Assembly (NCBI GenBank): GCA_965200245.1
Contig: CBDATS010000015.1
Span: 32,001-96,000 of the forward strand
Reading direction: 5' to 3'
Origin: a bacterium
GTDB lineage: Bacteria; UBA8248
DNA length: 64,000 bases
Positions 1 to 9,947 of the stretch are shown here, piece by piece. Positions within the stretch are counted from its first letter, which is position 1. Each line of letters opens with the position of its first letter. The notes under the pieces were generated by a model. It was not told the DNA's origin. It did not search any database and was given only the letters and a program-made list of their open reading frames with translations. The translations under genes were made by a program, and so were the position numbers.

Positions 1-1772
1 TGGGGCATGTCCGCGACGTTGCCGAAGGAAAGCTCAAAGGATTTTTTGGTGGCGAAGCGCGTCAGGTCCGGTCCGATTTTGGAGAGCTTCTCGGTGCCGG
101 GAATAACATGGCAGCCGAAACAACCACGCGTCGCCACGAGTTTCTTGCCCCGTTCATAAGAGGCGTCATCACCGAGTTTGCGGGGTTTGGGCCGATTTGC
201 TTTGGGTGTGAGACTGATGAGATAGGCAGTGGTCGCGCTCGCTTCTTCATCCGTGAGACGCAGGCTCGGCATCTTGGTGTCGTGCCAGTACGCCTTGGGG
301 TTCTTGAGCCAGCGGAACAGCCAGTCCGGCTGGATTTTGGCCCCGATATTCTGGAGAGCCGGTGCGAAATCCCGGTTTCTGTAGACGATGGGTCTACCGT
401 CCACGCCCTCGAGCGGTGGTCCGAGGTCCAGGTCCTTTTCATTGCGAATGTGACAACCCAGACACCCCACTTCCTCGAAAGTGGTTTTTCCTTTCTGAAT
501 CAGGGCAGCGTCGTCCATATTCGGGAGTGCGGCTGATTCCACCTTGCGCGGGCCTTGCCGCCAGACATACGTGGCGATGTCGATCGCTTCCTGATCGGTG
601 AAGCTGAAATACGGCATGAGGGTGCGCGGGTTGTAATCTTTCGGTTTCTTGATCCACGAGACGAGCCAGGCGGGTTCCACCTTCTCCTGGATTCTCGAGA
701 GATCCGGCCCCGTCTTGCGCAGGCCTTCCGTGCCGGGAAGGGTGTGGCATCCGTTGCAGCCCAGTTCCCGGGTGAGCGAAATGCCACGCGAGATTTGCGG
801 AGCCTCCGGGATATTGAATATCTCGGTGTGACAGCTTCTGCACTTGGTCTGCGTTTCGCTGCCGTGCAGGAGAGGGTCTTCCCAGAATTGCACGTGGCCG
901 TGGGCAGTATTGAGGCTGGTGACAGCCGTTCCCTGACCGCCATGGCAAAGAGTGCAGCCGACCTTGTTGAACTCGTGTTTCGAGAGATAAAGACGCCTGT
1001 TGGGGTGCGTGCGGAATGGTTGGGGGGCATCCTCGAAGCCCGCCCTGTTGATGCCAAGGTGACAAGTCTGGCACCGTTCCACCTTCATCACAGGCTCGTT
1101 GAAGTTGTTGCGTTCGTATTCGCGAAGGACGAGCTGCTTGATTTCGTAGGGGCGGGCGGCGATGCCCTCGAGCCGACGTTCCTGGAAGGAAATGTCGCTC
1201 GCCGCTTTCCGGCGATTTGTCTGGAGCGTCTTTAATGCTTTTTCTTTCGCCTCGATTTTCGCCTTTATGGCGTCTCTGGCGGCTTCGGCTTTCGCCGCGA
1301 CAGGTGTTATCTCGTCAAGCAGGGCTTTGGCATCGTCGACTTCTTTCTGCTCGGCTTCCTTGTTATGCCCTTGCCGGATGGCTTCCTGGAGATAGAAGTA
1401 GGACTGATCGAAAAGCGCTTTTCGAAAACCCAGTTCCTGTACCTTCTCGAAGGCGTCGAGTTCGCTCTTTGTGAGTTCTTCCCTGAGTTTTTTGAGTTCT
1501 TCGTCGTCCGAGAGTTTTTGTTCTTGCTCGGCGATTTTCTTGTCGAGTTCAGCGACCGTGGGGCCTGTGGTTTTCTGGAGTTTGGTAAGTTCTTTTTCTA
1601 CCTGCGCTTTCTCGTATGCGTTGAACTTCTTCTGGTATTGTTTCCAGGGTCTGCGCGTGAACGATTCGTCCCATACGGTCCAAAATGTCACCGCCACCAT
1701 GAAGAGCCCCAGGATGAAAAACAGAATCGGACTTGTTTTCTCTTCCGGAGGCTTGAAGTCTCTGCCTTGCAT
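1..1772 (-). CDS. Membrane-anchored multiheme c-type cytochrome, partial (3' end runs off the window)
   Basis: Not in ORF track. Manual translation from ATG 1772: MQGRDFKPPEEKTSPILFFILGLFMVAVTFWTVW (TM), long coiled coil, then six CxxCH motifs (CQTCH, CTLCH, CRSCH, CNGCH, CLGCH, CFGCH) and class I cyt c-type GPDL...WIKKPK...MP segments; frame open to the window edge. Confidence 0.9.
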   Translation of the reverse strand, partial: MQGRDFKPPEEKTSPILFFILGLFMVAVTFWTVWDESFTRRPWKQYQKKFNAYEKAQVEKELTKLQKTTGPTVAELDKKIAEQEQKLSDDEELKKLREELTKSELDAFEKVQELGFRKALFDQSYFYLQEAIRQGHNKEAEQKEVDDAKALLDEITPVAAKAEAARDAIKAKIEAKEKALKTLQTNRRKAASDISFQERRLEGIAARPYEIKQLVLREYERNNFNEPVMKVERCQTCHLGINRAGFEDAPQPFRTHPNRRLYLSKHEFNKVGCTLCHGGQGTAVTSLNTAHGHVQFWEDPLLHGSETQTKCRSCHTEIFNIPEAPQISRGISLTRELGCNGCHTLPGTEGLRKTGPDLSRIQEKVEPAWLVSWIKKPKDYNPRTLMPYFSFTDQEAIDIATYVWRQGPRKVESAALPNMDDAALIQKGKTTFEEVGCLGCHIRNEKDLDLGPPLEGVDGRPIVYRNRDFAPALQNIGAKIQPDWLFRWLKNPKAYWHDTKMPSLRLTDEEASATTAYLISLTPKANRPKPRKLGDDASYERGKKLVATRGCFGCHVIPGTEKLSKIGPDLTRFATKKSFELSFGNVADMP

Positions 1773-1992
1773 CTCGAAAAAACGCTCCCCCACCAACGTG
1801 CCGAGCGGAAATCGCGGGTTTCCACGCTGAAATCCGGCTGATTATAGGGAGGGGCAGGGCGGGCGTCAACCGCAGAACGGATAGTTTTGGCCAGGGGATA
1901 TCCGGCCTGAATACACAGAGAAAAGGCCGAAAACACGAGGCGGATCACAGGAACCGGCGAGCCTTAGTCTCCCGTAACGACCCTGTCTCAGG

Positions 1993-4900
1993 CTATTCGT
2001 TTTGGCTGCGGATGATGCCCGCGAGTTGGCCGATGATGGCGATGGAGATGGTGGGATGTTCGTGGATCAACTGCAAAAGGGGCTCTTTTTCAATGCCCAG
2101 CAGGGAAGTATCCTCGCTCGCGCGTGCGCCCGCGCTTCTGCCCTCATCACCGAAGAGCGCGACTTCACCGAAAGAAGCCGGTGGGCCGAGTGTGGCGAGA
2201 ACCCTGGATTCCCCGTTTTCCTGGTTCAGGATGATCTCGATTTCTCCCTCGACGATGACGTAGAGATAATCACAGGGATCTCCTTGCTCAAACAAAACGG
2301 TTCCCGCCTGAATCGGGATTTCTCTGGAAATGTTGCTCAGTATTTTCAACTGCTCCGCGCTCATCGTCTCGAACATGTTGACGCCTTTCAGGAAGAGGGC
2401 CTTTTCGATGGTCGAGAGCATGATTTTCTCCTGTCTGGACGGATTCTCGCCGACTCCCTCGAATCGGAGCAGTTCGCGGCGTACCTGAAGACGAACCAGC
2501 TGACTCTCGTCATTCTCCAGGGTTCTCAGGAATCCCGTGACGCTGTCATTATCTTTGCCGAAGATCTTCAGCGCGGCAACCGCCGCTTCACGTATGAACG
2601 GATTGCTCCCCGTTGCCCGCACCTCGAATTGCCCACGCCAATCAGCGTTTGCTCCAACCGCTTCGCTTTGGAGATGCTTGCCGACAGCATCGACCGCGAT
2701 GGCCTGGAGCCAGGTGTTTTCTGAATTCATGTATGTCCTGAGCACCTCTTCAATCGATATTTCGGGGATATCCCAGAGTTTCCTGCCTTCTGAAACCTTA
2801 TCGGCGGTCGATCGGCCCAGCAGCAGAGGTTCGAGAGCCAGAATCAGGAGTCTCGTGTTCCCCGTCGAGGAGAAGTTCGAGAGCGTCTCGATGGCGAGTG
2901 CCCTGGAAGATGAACCTCCCCGGGCGAGGGACTCCGACACGGTGTCCACTGTTTTCTCATCCCCAATCACACCCAACAATTCCAGCAGGACGATTTGCCT
3001 TTCCTCGACAAAATCCTCGAGCGCTTTTCTGAGCATCGTGAAATCGGGAGCGTTCTTCCGTTGTTCGATGACGTGGAGGTGGTTGATGACTTCGTAAACT
3101 TCCTTCACGTGCTTCGCGGCGAACTCGGAGAGGGAATCGACGACTTCCTGCTCGCTCATTTCCCGGGAGCCGTTTGGGGCGCCTTTGAACAGAAACGGGA
3201 TGATGAAAGAACCCAGCCCCGAACCTTCCAGAGTGAGGGTTCCTTTTCGTTTCATGTTCTTGAGCGAATCAATGGCTTGCGCTCTCACGAGGGAATCAAC
3301 GTCCGAAAGGGCGGTCAGGGCGCGTTCAAAATTCTCGCGCACGCCTCTGTTGCCCAGTTGGCGGACGCCCCTGCGCCTTATGGCCGCGCTCTCGTCCGAG
3401 GTGGTCACCTGCATGACTTCCTGCATGTGCACCTCATCCACTTCCTGGTTCATGGCGAGAATTTCTATTGCCTCCAGGGCGGCTTCGCGGACTTTCTCTT
3501 CTTCCTGGTAGAGATAGGGGATCAGGCGTCTGATGAAGCGCGGGTTCTCGAGTTCCCCCATGCAGCGGAGGGCGCAGACCCTGGCCTCCGCGTCTTCTTC
3601 GTTCAGCATCTGGTGGAGCGTTTGCAACCCGTTGGCGAGCCAGAACAGATCGTCTGAGCGTACGAGTAGGCCGACGGCGGCGGTCTTGACTTCCGGTGAG
3701 GCGCTTTCCAGGTTTTCATGCACCAGTTCCGCTATCTCTTCTGTGAGGCCGACTGTTTCCACCGCATCCATGGCGGCGCACTGGAGAAGTGGGTCATCGC
3801 ATGTGAGGTATTCCTGAAGGAGGGGCCGCATTCTCGCGTCTTCTTCGGCTCCGGGAATCCTGGCGAGGATTTTCAGTAATTCGGCTGCCGCCCGGCTTTT
3901 CCGCCGGGGGATTTCTTCGAGAATGATCGGAAAAGCCTCGCTCCCGGAACCGTCGGCCATTATCTGCGCTGTGAAGACGCATAGGTCGTCATCCCCCTCG
4001 CGAATGTTTTTTCTCAAGATCGCCATGCTGTCGCCGTCAATCGGGCCGAAGCCCTCCTTGGCGTAGCGAAAGAGTCCCAGGTTCCTCTCCTCGAGCATCC
4101 TGCGCAGCGCAGCGCCGTATTCGTGGCGCACGAAAAAGCCCGTTCCCAGATAGGCGAACGCGATGAACAGGGAGATGAGAGCCACCCAGCCGCTGCTGAG
4201 CGGGAAGAGTGCGAGTCCTGTCGGTTTGATGATGAGAAGTGCGACGCCGCTCACGATGCTGGCAACGGCTACTACCTGGCCTGCAACGAACGCGCCCACA
4301 CGACCGCGAATCGAGGGGGAGACGGCGTTGTAGAGCAGGGCATTGATGGCGTTTCGAATGGACTCCTGCAGGTTCTTGTTGTTGAAGCGCAGGAAAACGG
4401 CGGAATGGAAGCCAGGAGATACCGCCATGCCGGCGAGGCCAATGATGGTCGTGAGCGGATAAAGGAGGTTTGCCGTGCCCAGTCCGAGACGCTTTATGAT
4501 GCGCGGGGTGATGAACGTCTGGACGAGCAGCGAGATGGCACTCCCGATGGCGGTGAAGTATCCGAGGAACGAGGCGAGCTGCGCGCGATCAGGGAAGACT
4601 TCCCGAAAGACGAGGCTGTATTGGAAATCTTGAAAGCTTCTGAGGATCACCACGAGAAAACTGAAAAGCGCGAACGCGCAGACGTATTTGTTCGTCCGCA
4701 TCAGGGCAAGGTTGCCGCTTTTTGAGGCTGGCCTGGACGTTTTTCGCTTTTTGGGGGCCGCGTCGTCGATGAGGTGGTCCCTGAGCCGCCATTCGGTATA
4801 TTGCACCACCCCTATACTGACGACGATGGCTCCCATCCAGACATAGAGCAGGTTCGAGACGCTACCCAGAACGGGAATGAGCAGTGGTATGGCCAAACCG

Positions 4901-5391
4901 CCCAGAATGCCTCCGTAGCGTCCTCCCGTCAGAATAATCGGAACGAGTCGCTTGGATTGCAGGACATCCAGGTACTGGCCGTAAAGGGCGCGGAAATTGT
5001 TCGGCACCATGTTCGTGAATATTACGAACAGCGTGTGGAGTAGGGGGAATGCGACAGGCATGGCGTAGGCGCGCATGTCGGCGAAGATGAGTAGCTTGAT
5101 ACCCAGAATGAGAGCGATGAAAAAGATCAGGACGGCCTTGAACATCGCAGGAATCGAAAGTTTTTCGGTCAGGGAGGAGTAGAACGTGCTGATGAAGATG
5201 ATCATCAAGGCGTTGAATATGTACATGTACGGGAGAAAACCCGGCCCGACTTCAGAGAGGAAAAGCGCTTCAGATACGGTGAGTCCTATCGAGAACTGAA
5301 TCCCGATGAGTAAGTAGAAAGAAAAAAACACGGAGAAGACGAGCAACTCCTCTTTCTGGATATTGAAGGCTTTTTTGAGGAGTTTCGCCAT
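1993..5391 (-). CDS. Npt/TLC-like (ATP/ADP translocase-type) transporter fused to HEAT repeats and a C-terminal cNMP-binding domain
   Basis: About 12 TM segments in the N-terminal ~430 aa (QSKRLVPII..GG..GG), helical HEAT-like repeats (VRAQAIDSL, VREAALEAI), cNMP signature LFEQGD..YVIVEG..FGEVAL..RSAGARA; probable start ATG 5391 (MAKLLKK). Confidence 0.85.
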   Translation of the reverse strand: MAKLLKKAFNIQKEELLVFSVFFSFYLLIGIQFSIGLTVSEALFLSEVGPGFLPYMYIFNALMIIFISTFYSSLTEKLSIPAMFKAVLIFFIALILGIKLLIFADMRAYAMPVAFPLLHTLFVIFTNMVPNNFRALYGQYLDVLQSKRLVPIILTGGRYGGILGGLAIPLLIPVLGSVSNLLYVWMGAIVVSIGVVQYTEWRLRDHLIDDAAPKKRKTSRPASKSGNLALMRTNKYVCAFALFSFLVVILRSFQDFQYSLVFREVFPDRAQLASFLGYFTAIGSAISLLVQTFITPRIIKRLGLGTANLLYPLTTIIGLAGMAVSPGFHSAVFLRFNNKNLQESIRNAINALLYNAVSPSIRGRVGAFVAGQVVAVASIVSGVALLIIKPTGLALFPLSSGWVALISLFIAFAYLGTGFFVRHEYGAALRRMLEERNLGLFRYAKEGFGPIDGDSMAILRKNIREGDDDLCVFTAQIMADGSGSEAFPIILEEIPRRKSRAAAELLKILARIPGAEEDARMRPLLQEYLTCDDPLLQCAAMDAVETVGLTEEIAELVHENLESASPEVKTAAVGLLVRSDDLFWLANGLQTLHQMLNEEDAEARVCALRCMGELENPRFIRRLIPYLYQEEEKVREAALEAIEILAMNQEVDEVHMQEVMQVTTSDESAAIRRRGVRQLGNRGVRENFERALTALSDVDSLVRAQAIDSLKNMKRKGTLTLEGSGLGSFIIPFLFKGAPNGSREMSEQEVVDSLSEFAAKHVKEVYEVINHLHVIEQRKNAPDFTMLRKALEDFVEERQIVLLELLGVIGDEKTVDTVSESLARGGSSSRALAIETLSNFSSTGNTRLLILALEPLLLGRSTADKVSEGRKLWDIPEISIEEVLRTYMNSENTWLQAIAVDAVGKHLQSEAVGANADWRGQFEVRATGSNPFIREAAVAALKIFGKDNDSVTGFLRTLENDESQLVRLQVRRELLRFEGVGENPSRQEKIMLSTIEKALFLKGVNMFETMSAEQLKILSNISREIPIQAGTVLFEQGDPCDYLYVIVEGEIEIILNQENGESRVLATLGPPASFGEVALFGDEGRSAGARASEDTSLLGIEKEPLLQLIHEHPTISIAIIGQLAGIIRSQNE

Positions 5392-5396
5392 GGTGA

Positions 5397-7106
5397 TCAC
5401 TTCTGGAGTGGTGGATGTGGTCCTTTCGTGTGCATTTCGCACCCCGGCTTCCCTGGAGCGGAAGCGGGCGTGAACCGACTCATTCTAGACCAGGTTTTTT
5501 GAGTTTTCCATGAGTAGAAAGACAGGGAGTCCTCGGTCCATTGTGCGGAATTCCGGCTGAACCTGTCCCAGCGGCTGTTCGCGCAGAGGCCGCGAACCGG
5601 GTCTGCGTTGCCCTCGGCGATCAGGCCGTTTAGCGGCGACAGGTCGAATTCGGCCCGAGTCGGCACTCTGCCGCGTTCCTCGGTGGAGAGGAGGGACAGA
5701 AAACGCGCGAACGCATCGAAAGCGCCGCGAATCTTCTCGTGCAATCGTTTCTCGCCTCCCGCATAGGCGACCAGGGATGGTGTCAAGGGTGCGTAGCGGT
5801 TCAACTCCATCCCCCCCTCCGTTCGGTTCGTGATGCTGTCGACGCCGACGACTCCGATGGAATCATCCGAAAATTCCACCGGGAACAACCTGGCGTAAAC
5901 TGTCTCCACGACTGGACCCTCGCGACCGAGTCTCAGATGAACGCGGACACCGAACAGGCCGAAATCGATCCAGTTGCATACGAGCGGCTGGTAGCGGACG
6001 TTGAACACTTGCTCGTAGTTTTCAATGGCGTTTGCCAGCAGTCGAACCGTATCCTCACGTGTACGGGACGATTCACGCAGTTCGGATTCCAGTCTGGGCG
6101 TGCAGTTCTCGATCATCTGACGCAAAACACCCGGGGAAGCGCCCCCTTCCACCTTGCGAGTCTTGATGTAGGCCTTGGAAGTCGCCGGGCTGGCCAGGAA
6201 GCGATGAACGAGCCAGTCCATCGCCTGGATGTGCTCGTCTTTTTCCGGGTCGATGGACAGGGGCAGGGGAATCGCGTTGTCCATGGCGACCCCGAGCCTG
6301 CTCAAGTCCGGAAGACCGAACCCGTTGGAGTAGATGTCCAGACGGAAGCAACCGCGTCCCCCGCCGCCTTCCTGTGGTTTAACGAAGAAAGTCCGCGCTC
6401 CCCATTTCCTGGACAGAGTGGAAGCGCAATCCAGAATATCTGCCGCTGTGTCTGCAGGTTTTCCGCCGTCTATTTCCACTGCCTGATAATCAGCCGTCAG
6501 ACGATGTACACGCGCATCCGTTTCGGAGTGTTTCCCGTCTGCGCCGTTTCCATTCAGGAGTTCATATGTGGTTCTTTTGTTGGAAAGCGGCCCGCCAGGA
6601 GCGGTGAGAGGGCCCGGCACCACGACAATGCCCCGTTCCTCCAGTACCTTGGCGAGGTTTGCGTCGTAGAGGCTTCTTTGGGCGGTCTGGCTGATAACGA
6701 GCAGTTCTTCGGGCGCCTGTGCGGCGCGGGCCAGGAGTTCTTCCCGCCGGTTCAGAACCCTGACGGGTATGGACAGGCCCATTTGGTTCAAGTGCGCCTG
6801 CACCACCCGCGCCGTCTCCATGGTGAGGGGCAGCCGGCTCGGGGAGCCGTCCAGCAGGAGGATTTCTTTCGGCAGCCGATCAGGTTGCGAGCCGTCCAGG
6901 ATGCGCAATTCTGCGAATCGGGGCTCACGCGACGCCCATCGATTCAGGTTTTCGATAAGCGATTCGTTCAGATCGCCGTCAGACGAGTCGAACTCCCTGG
7001 CTACCCTGAGTAAATCCCAGGTGCCGCCACTCGCATCCGGAGTGAGATGATAAAGCGAAGGTTCCCGCTTGATGGGAGGATGACTCGGCATTTTCTGTGA
7101 GGCCAA
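5397..7106 (-). CDS. Divergent ATP-grasp-fold protein, function unknown
   Basis: 569 aa; SNKRTTYELL, FFVKPQEGGGGRG loop, EFD...AEGNA (E-x-N); start TTG 7106 or ATG 7091. Confidence 0.65.
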   Translation of the reverse strand: MASQKMPSHPPIKREPSLYHLTPDASGGTWDLLRVAREFDSSDGDLNESLIENLNRWASREPRFAELRILDGSQPDRLPKEILLLDGSPSRLPLTMETARVVQAHLNQMGLSIPVRVLNRREELLARAAQAPEELLVISQTAQRSLYDANLAKVLEERGIVVVPGPLTAPGGPLSNKRTTYELLNGNGADGKHSETDARVHRLTADYQAVEIDGGKPADTAADILDCASTLSRKWGARTFFVKPQEGGGGRGCFRLDIYSNGFGLPDLSRLGVAMDNAIPLPLSIDPEKDEHIQAMDWLVHRFLASPATSKAYIKTRKVEGGASPGVLRQMIENCTPRLESELRESSRTREDTVRLLANAIENYEQVFNVRYQPLVCNWIDFGLFGVRVHLRLGREGPVVETVYARLFPVEFSDDSIGVVGVDSITNRTEGGMELNRYAPLTPSLVAYAGGEKRLHEKIRGAFDAFARFLSLLSTEERGRVPTRAEFDLSPLNGLIAEGNADPVRGLCANSRWDRFSRNSAQWTEDSLSFYSWKTQKTWSRMSRFTPASAPGKPGCEMHTKGPHPPLQK

Positions 7107-7129
7107 GGTTCTGTTCTCGATACCGATAC

Positions 7130-8299
7130 CTAGACCAGCGACTTGCGCTGGCGCATGAAATGCTTGACTACCCAGTCCGCGATGGCGCCGCCCACCGTGC
7201 TCTCGCCAGCAATTGAGGAGGGGTTCGAAGCCACGCAGCTCAAGGCGTGTACCCCTGTCATCCGGTACGCCTCCTCGCGCGCGTGTGCCTGGTTTGCGAG
7301 CTTTCCTGAAATGAGCATGTTCTCTTCCTCTACCTCCAGATGACTTCTGATCCAGTGAACGACAAGCGTTGATTCCAGCGTATCACATGCGCAGATTATC
7401 AGCCCTCTGCGCGCGAGCCAGTTCTTGAACCAGGGGTCGCTGGCCACTTCGAGACTGGAGTCGCATGACGGAGAATCTGCCAGCTCCGCGATGACGATCT
7501 CTCCGTGCGCGCAGGCGTGGCGGAGCAGATTCCGGGCGCAACGCCTTACCTGGCTTGCGGGTACCCCGCTGGTCGTTGCGAGGCCCGCGTCGACGAAATC
7601 CCACCCCATCCTCGCGGAATCGAAAAAACCGAGCGGTCTCCCATAATTCACTTGCATGAGGTCCCGCATGCGCCCTGTGCCCGTCAGTTTTGCGTATGTG
7701 GCATGAATGCCAGAGGAGTGGAGGGCGGAGGCCAGCGATGAGGCGCAGGTCGTCTTGCCTACATCCATCTCGGAGCCTGTGACCAGGACGATGGGGGTGC
7801 AGGGGATTCCTTCCTCGTCTACAGCACAACGGGTATCAGGAATGACTGGCAGATGAGACAGCCGGGCGGGTTCGCCTTGCAGCGCAACGCCCCCTTTCAC
7901 CTGAATTTTCACGCATTGCGTTTTCGGATTGGAGCGGATACCGCAGACGCCACCGACGTTCAAAAGGTCGAGCACGACTCCAGGCTCTGCAGGAGGTTCC
8001 GGCTTGTGGCCCGAAACGCTGCGATTCGCGTACCGACCGCCGATCGCAACGAGCACAGTCATTCTTTCGCGCAACCTCTCCTCGTTTGTCTTCCAGGCGT
8101 CTTCCGCTCCCTGGAGGATCTCAAGTGCCTCAAGATGATCGATGGGGGCATTCACGGGCACGGCGACGACTTCGCCCAGCATGATTCCGTTCGCGGGAAC
8201 GGGCCCGGGAGCGGGCGTGAAATCCGTCTGAAATGTATAAGGACTATCAGGGGAGAGGAACAATCCCCGGACGATGGATGCGCAAAAATCGATTTTCAA
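7130..8299 (-). CDS. DUF1611-like P-loop protein
   Basis: GSEMDVGKTT Walker-A-like motif, GGRYA, AKLTGTG, DFVDAG..TT, VIAELAD. Confidence 0.7.
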   Translation of the reverse strand: MKIDFCASIVRGLFLSPDSPYTFQTDFTPAPGPVPANGIMLGEVVAVPVNAPIDHLEALEILQGAEDAWKTNEERLRERMTVLVAIGGRYANRSVSGHKPEPPAEPGVVLDLLNVGGVCGIRSNPKTQCVKIQVKGGVALQGEPARLSHLPVIPDTRCAVDEEGIPCTPIVLVTGSEMDVGKTTCASSLASALHSSGIHATYAKLTGTGRMRDLMQVNYGRPLGFFDSARMGWDFVDAGLATTSGVPASQVRRCARNLLRHACAHGEIVIAELADSPSCDSSLEVASDPWFKNWLARRGLIICACDTLESTLVVHWIRSHLEVEEENMLISGKLANQAHAREEAYRMTGVHALSCVASNPSSIAGESTVGGAIADWVVKHFMRQRKSLV

Positions 8300-8312
8300 T
8301 TTTCACCGTGTC

Positions 8313-9779
8313 CTAAGCAGAAGAAAGAGCGAAGTGGTTCGTGAACGCATCAATCATTTCTCGGGCGTTTTGGGATATCTGCGCCTCTCCCCCTTCATAG
8401 ATGGATGAAACGCCCTCCAGCCTGCAGAAGGTTCCCCTCGGTTCCACTATGGTGCCTTTCGCCGGGGGAGAGCAAGTGACCAGAACCTCACCCTCGTCTT
8501 GTACGTCTCCCAGCCGGTAGCCCTGCCGGAGAAATTCGGACCTCCCGTTTTTGAGGGTGTAAATTCCGGGTGCCAGCGAATGACCGATTTTCACCCTGGC
8601 AGTGCTCGTGTTCCGAATCAATAGCTGAAAACCGGACAAGTCCGGCGCATCAAGCACGGTGAGCAAATTCCGATGTGCCTCGAGGGCGGCACCAGGCTTC
8701 AGAAACTCGGCCAGATGCCAGTAAGTGGTGGTGGGAGAGTCGCCGTATATTTCTTCAAGCTCGGTCATCAGTTGTGTGGTTCCCAGGATGCGCGGGTTGA
8801 GTTCGAGAGCATAGGGTTCGTTCTCATGAACGATGAAGTCGACGCCATATATTCCCCGGTAGCCTGCCTCGGCGATCCATTCTCCGATTTTCAGGGTGAA
8901 TTCCTTGATTTTGCGTCGACTTTCCCCCGAAACCAGCCGATACGCCGCATAGTCACTACCTGCGTAATCGAAGCGGTGCATGGAGCAGCCGGGAATTCCC
9001 GTGAACATCACAGATGGGTGTGACATCCAGGGCTCGCCTTCGTAAATCACTCCCGCAGCGCCGACAGCAGGACCGCTCAGAAAGGTGCTCACAATCACCT
9101 GTGCATTGGAACCCAGCTTCTGGAGGAGTTCTTTTCGCTTGTCGGCGAGTCCCTCGGCAGAATCGATGAGGTGCGTCTGGTTGCCCGAGGAACCAATGCG
9201 CTCTGAAACGATCATAATGGGGCCGAATTCTTCTAGGTGGCTGGGTCCGAGTTCGCACAGCGTCACGACATCGCCCGGAGGAACACCGAACCCCGCTTCG
9301 GACGCCCGGTGGCGGAACGCTACCTTGTCGTCGAATCTCGTCTTGATTTCCACCGGATTCGCCAGGATGTGGACCCTGCCCTCGGCTTGTTCTGCGAGTT
9401 TGCCCAGAAATTCCGTGGAACGGTAGGGGATGATGTAGCGGGGCGCATCCCCTGACGAGAGATATTCACGAATCTGCGCCCCCAGTGCTCCTTCGTACGC
9501 CTCCACGAGCGATGAATGCGTCCACACGATTCGTCTGCTTTGTCCGCGTTCCACGGAAAAATAGCGCAGGCGCCTGTCCCACTCGGGTCCGTCGAGTCCA
9601 TAGTCGCAGGCGATGAGGTAATCAAGGGGGACGATGTTCTCCATCGTAATCGAATCGACCGCGCGCAGTCCCTGGAAGCCGAATGTCGCTCCTTCGGGAA
9701 CGGCGGAAGTCAGTATGCCGTTGAAATCGTTTTTTTCTGGAGGGGGCAAGGGGAATGTTCCCTCATCTGGAATCATCAA
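8313..9779 (-). CDS. ATP-grasp ligase (PGM1-like peptide ligase-type C-terminus)
   Basis: FDDKVAFR, GSSGNQT loop, GYRGIYGVDFIV...LELNPR. Confidence 0.8.
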   Translation of the reverse strand: MMIPDEGTFPLPPPEKNDFNGILTSAVPEGATFGFQGLRAVDSITMENIVPLDYLIACDYGLDGPEWDRRLRYFSVERGQSRRIVWTHSSLVEAYEGALGAQIREYLSSGDAPRYIIPYRSTEFLGKLAEQAEGRVHILANPVEIKTRFDDKVAFRHRASEAGFGVPPGDVVTLCELGPSHLEEFGPIMIVSERIGSSGNQTHLIDSAEGLADKRKELLQKLGSNAQVIVSTFLSGPAVGAAGVIYEGEPWMSHPSVMFTGIPGCSMHRFDYAGSDYAAYRLVSGESRRKIKEFTLKIGEWIAEAGYRGIYGVDFIVHENEPYALELNPRILGTTQLMTELEEIYGDSPTTTYWHLAEFLKPGAALEAHRNLLTVLDAPDLSGFQLLIRNTSTARVKIGHSLAPGIYTLKNGRSEFLRQGYRLGDVQDEGEVLVTCSPPAKGTIVEPRGTFCRLEGVSSIYEGGEAQISQNAREMIDAFTNHFALSSA

Positions 9780-9947
9780 AAAATCCGTAGGCTGCGAAAT
9801 CGAAAACAGGCGATTCTAATTCGATAACCTCGTGGATATCAACACGAATCTTGTTTTGGAAGGCGACGATTTCCCTCTTGAAATTTCTGCAACGCCCCGC
9901 TTGCTATGGTAGGATATTGAGCGTTTCAACCAAAAATTACGCCATCC

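Noticed and set aside
108-1841. Plus-strand ORFs 108..536, 555..1235 and 1365..1841
   Set aside because: Antisense shadows of the multiheme cytochrome on the minus strand
5739-7013. 424-aa plus-strand ORF
   Set aside because: Antisense to the ATP-grasp gene with no motifs; long shadow ORFs are expected at high GC
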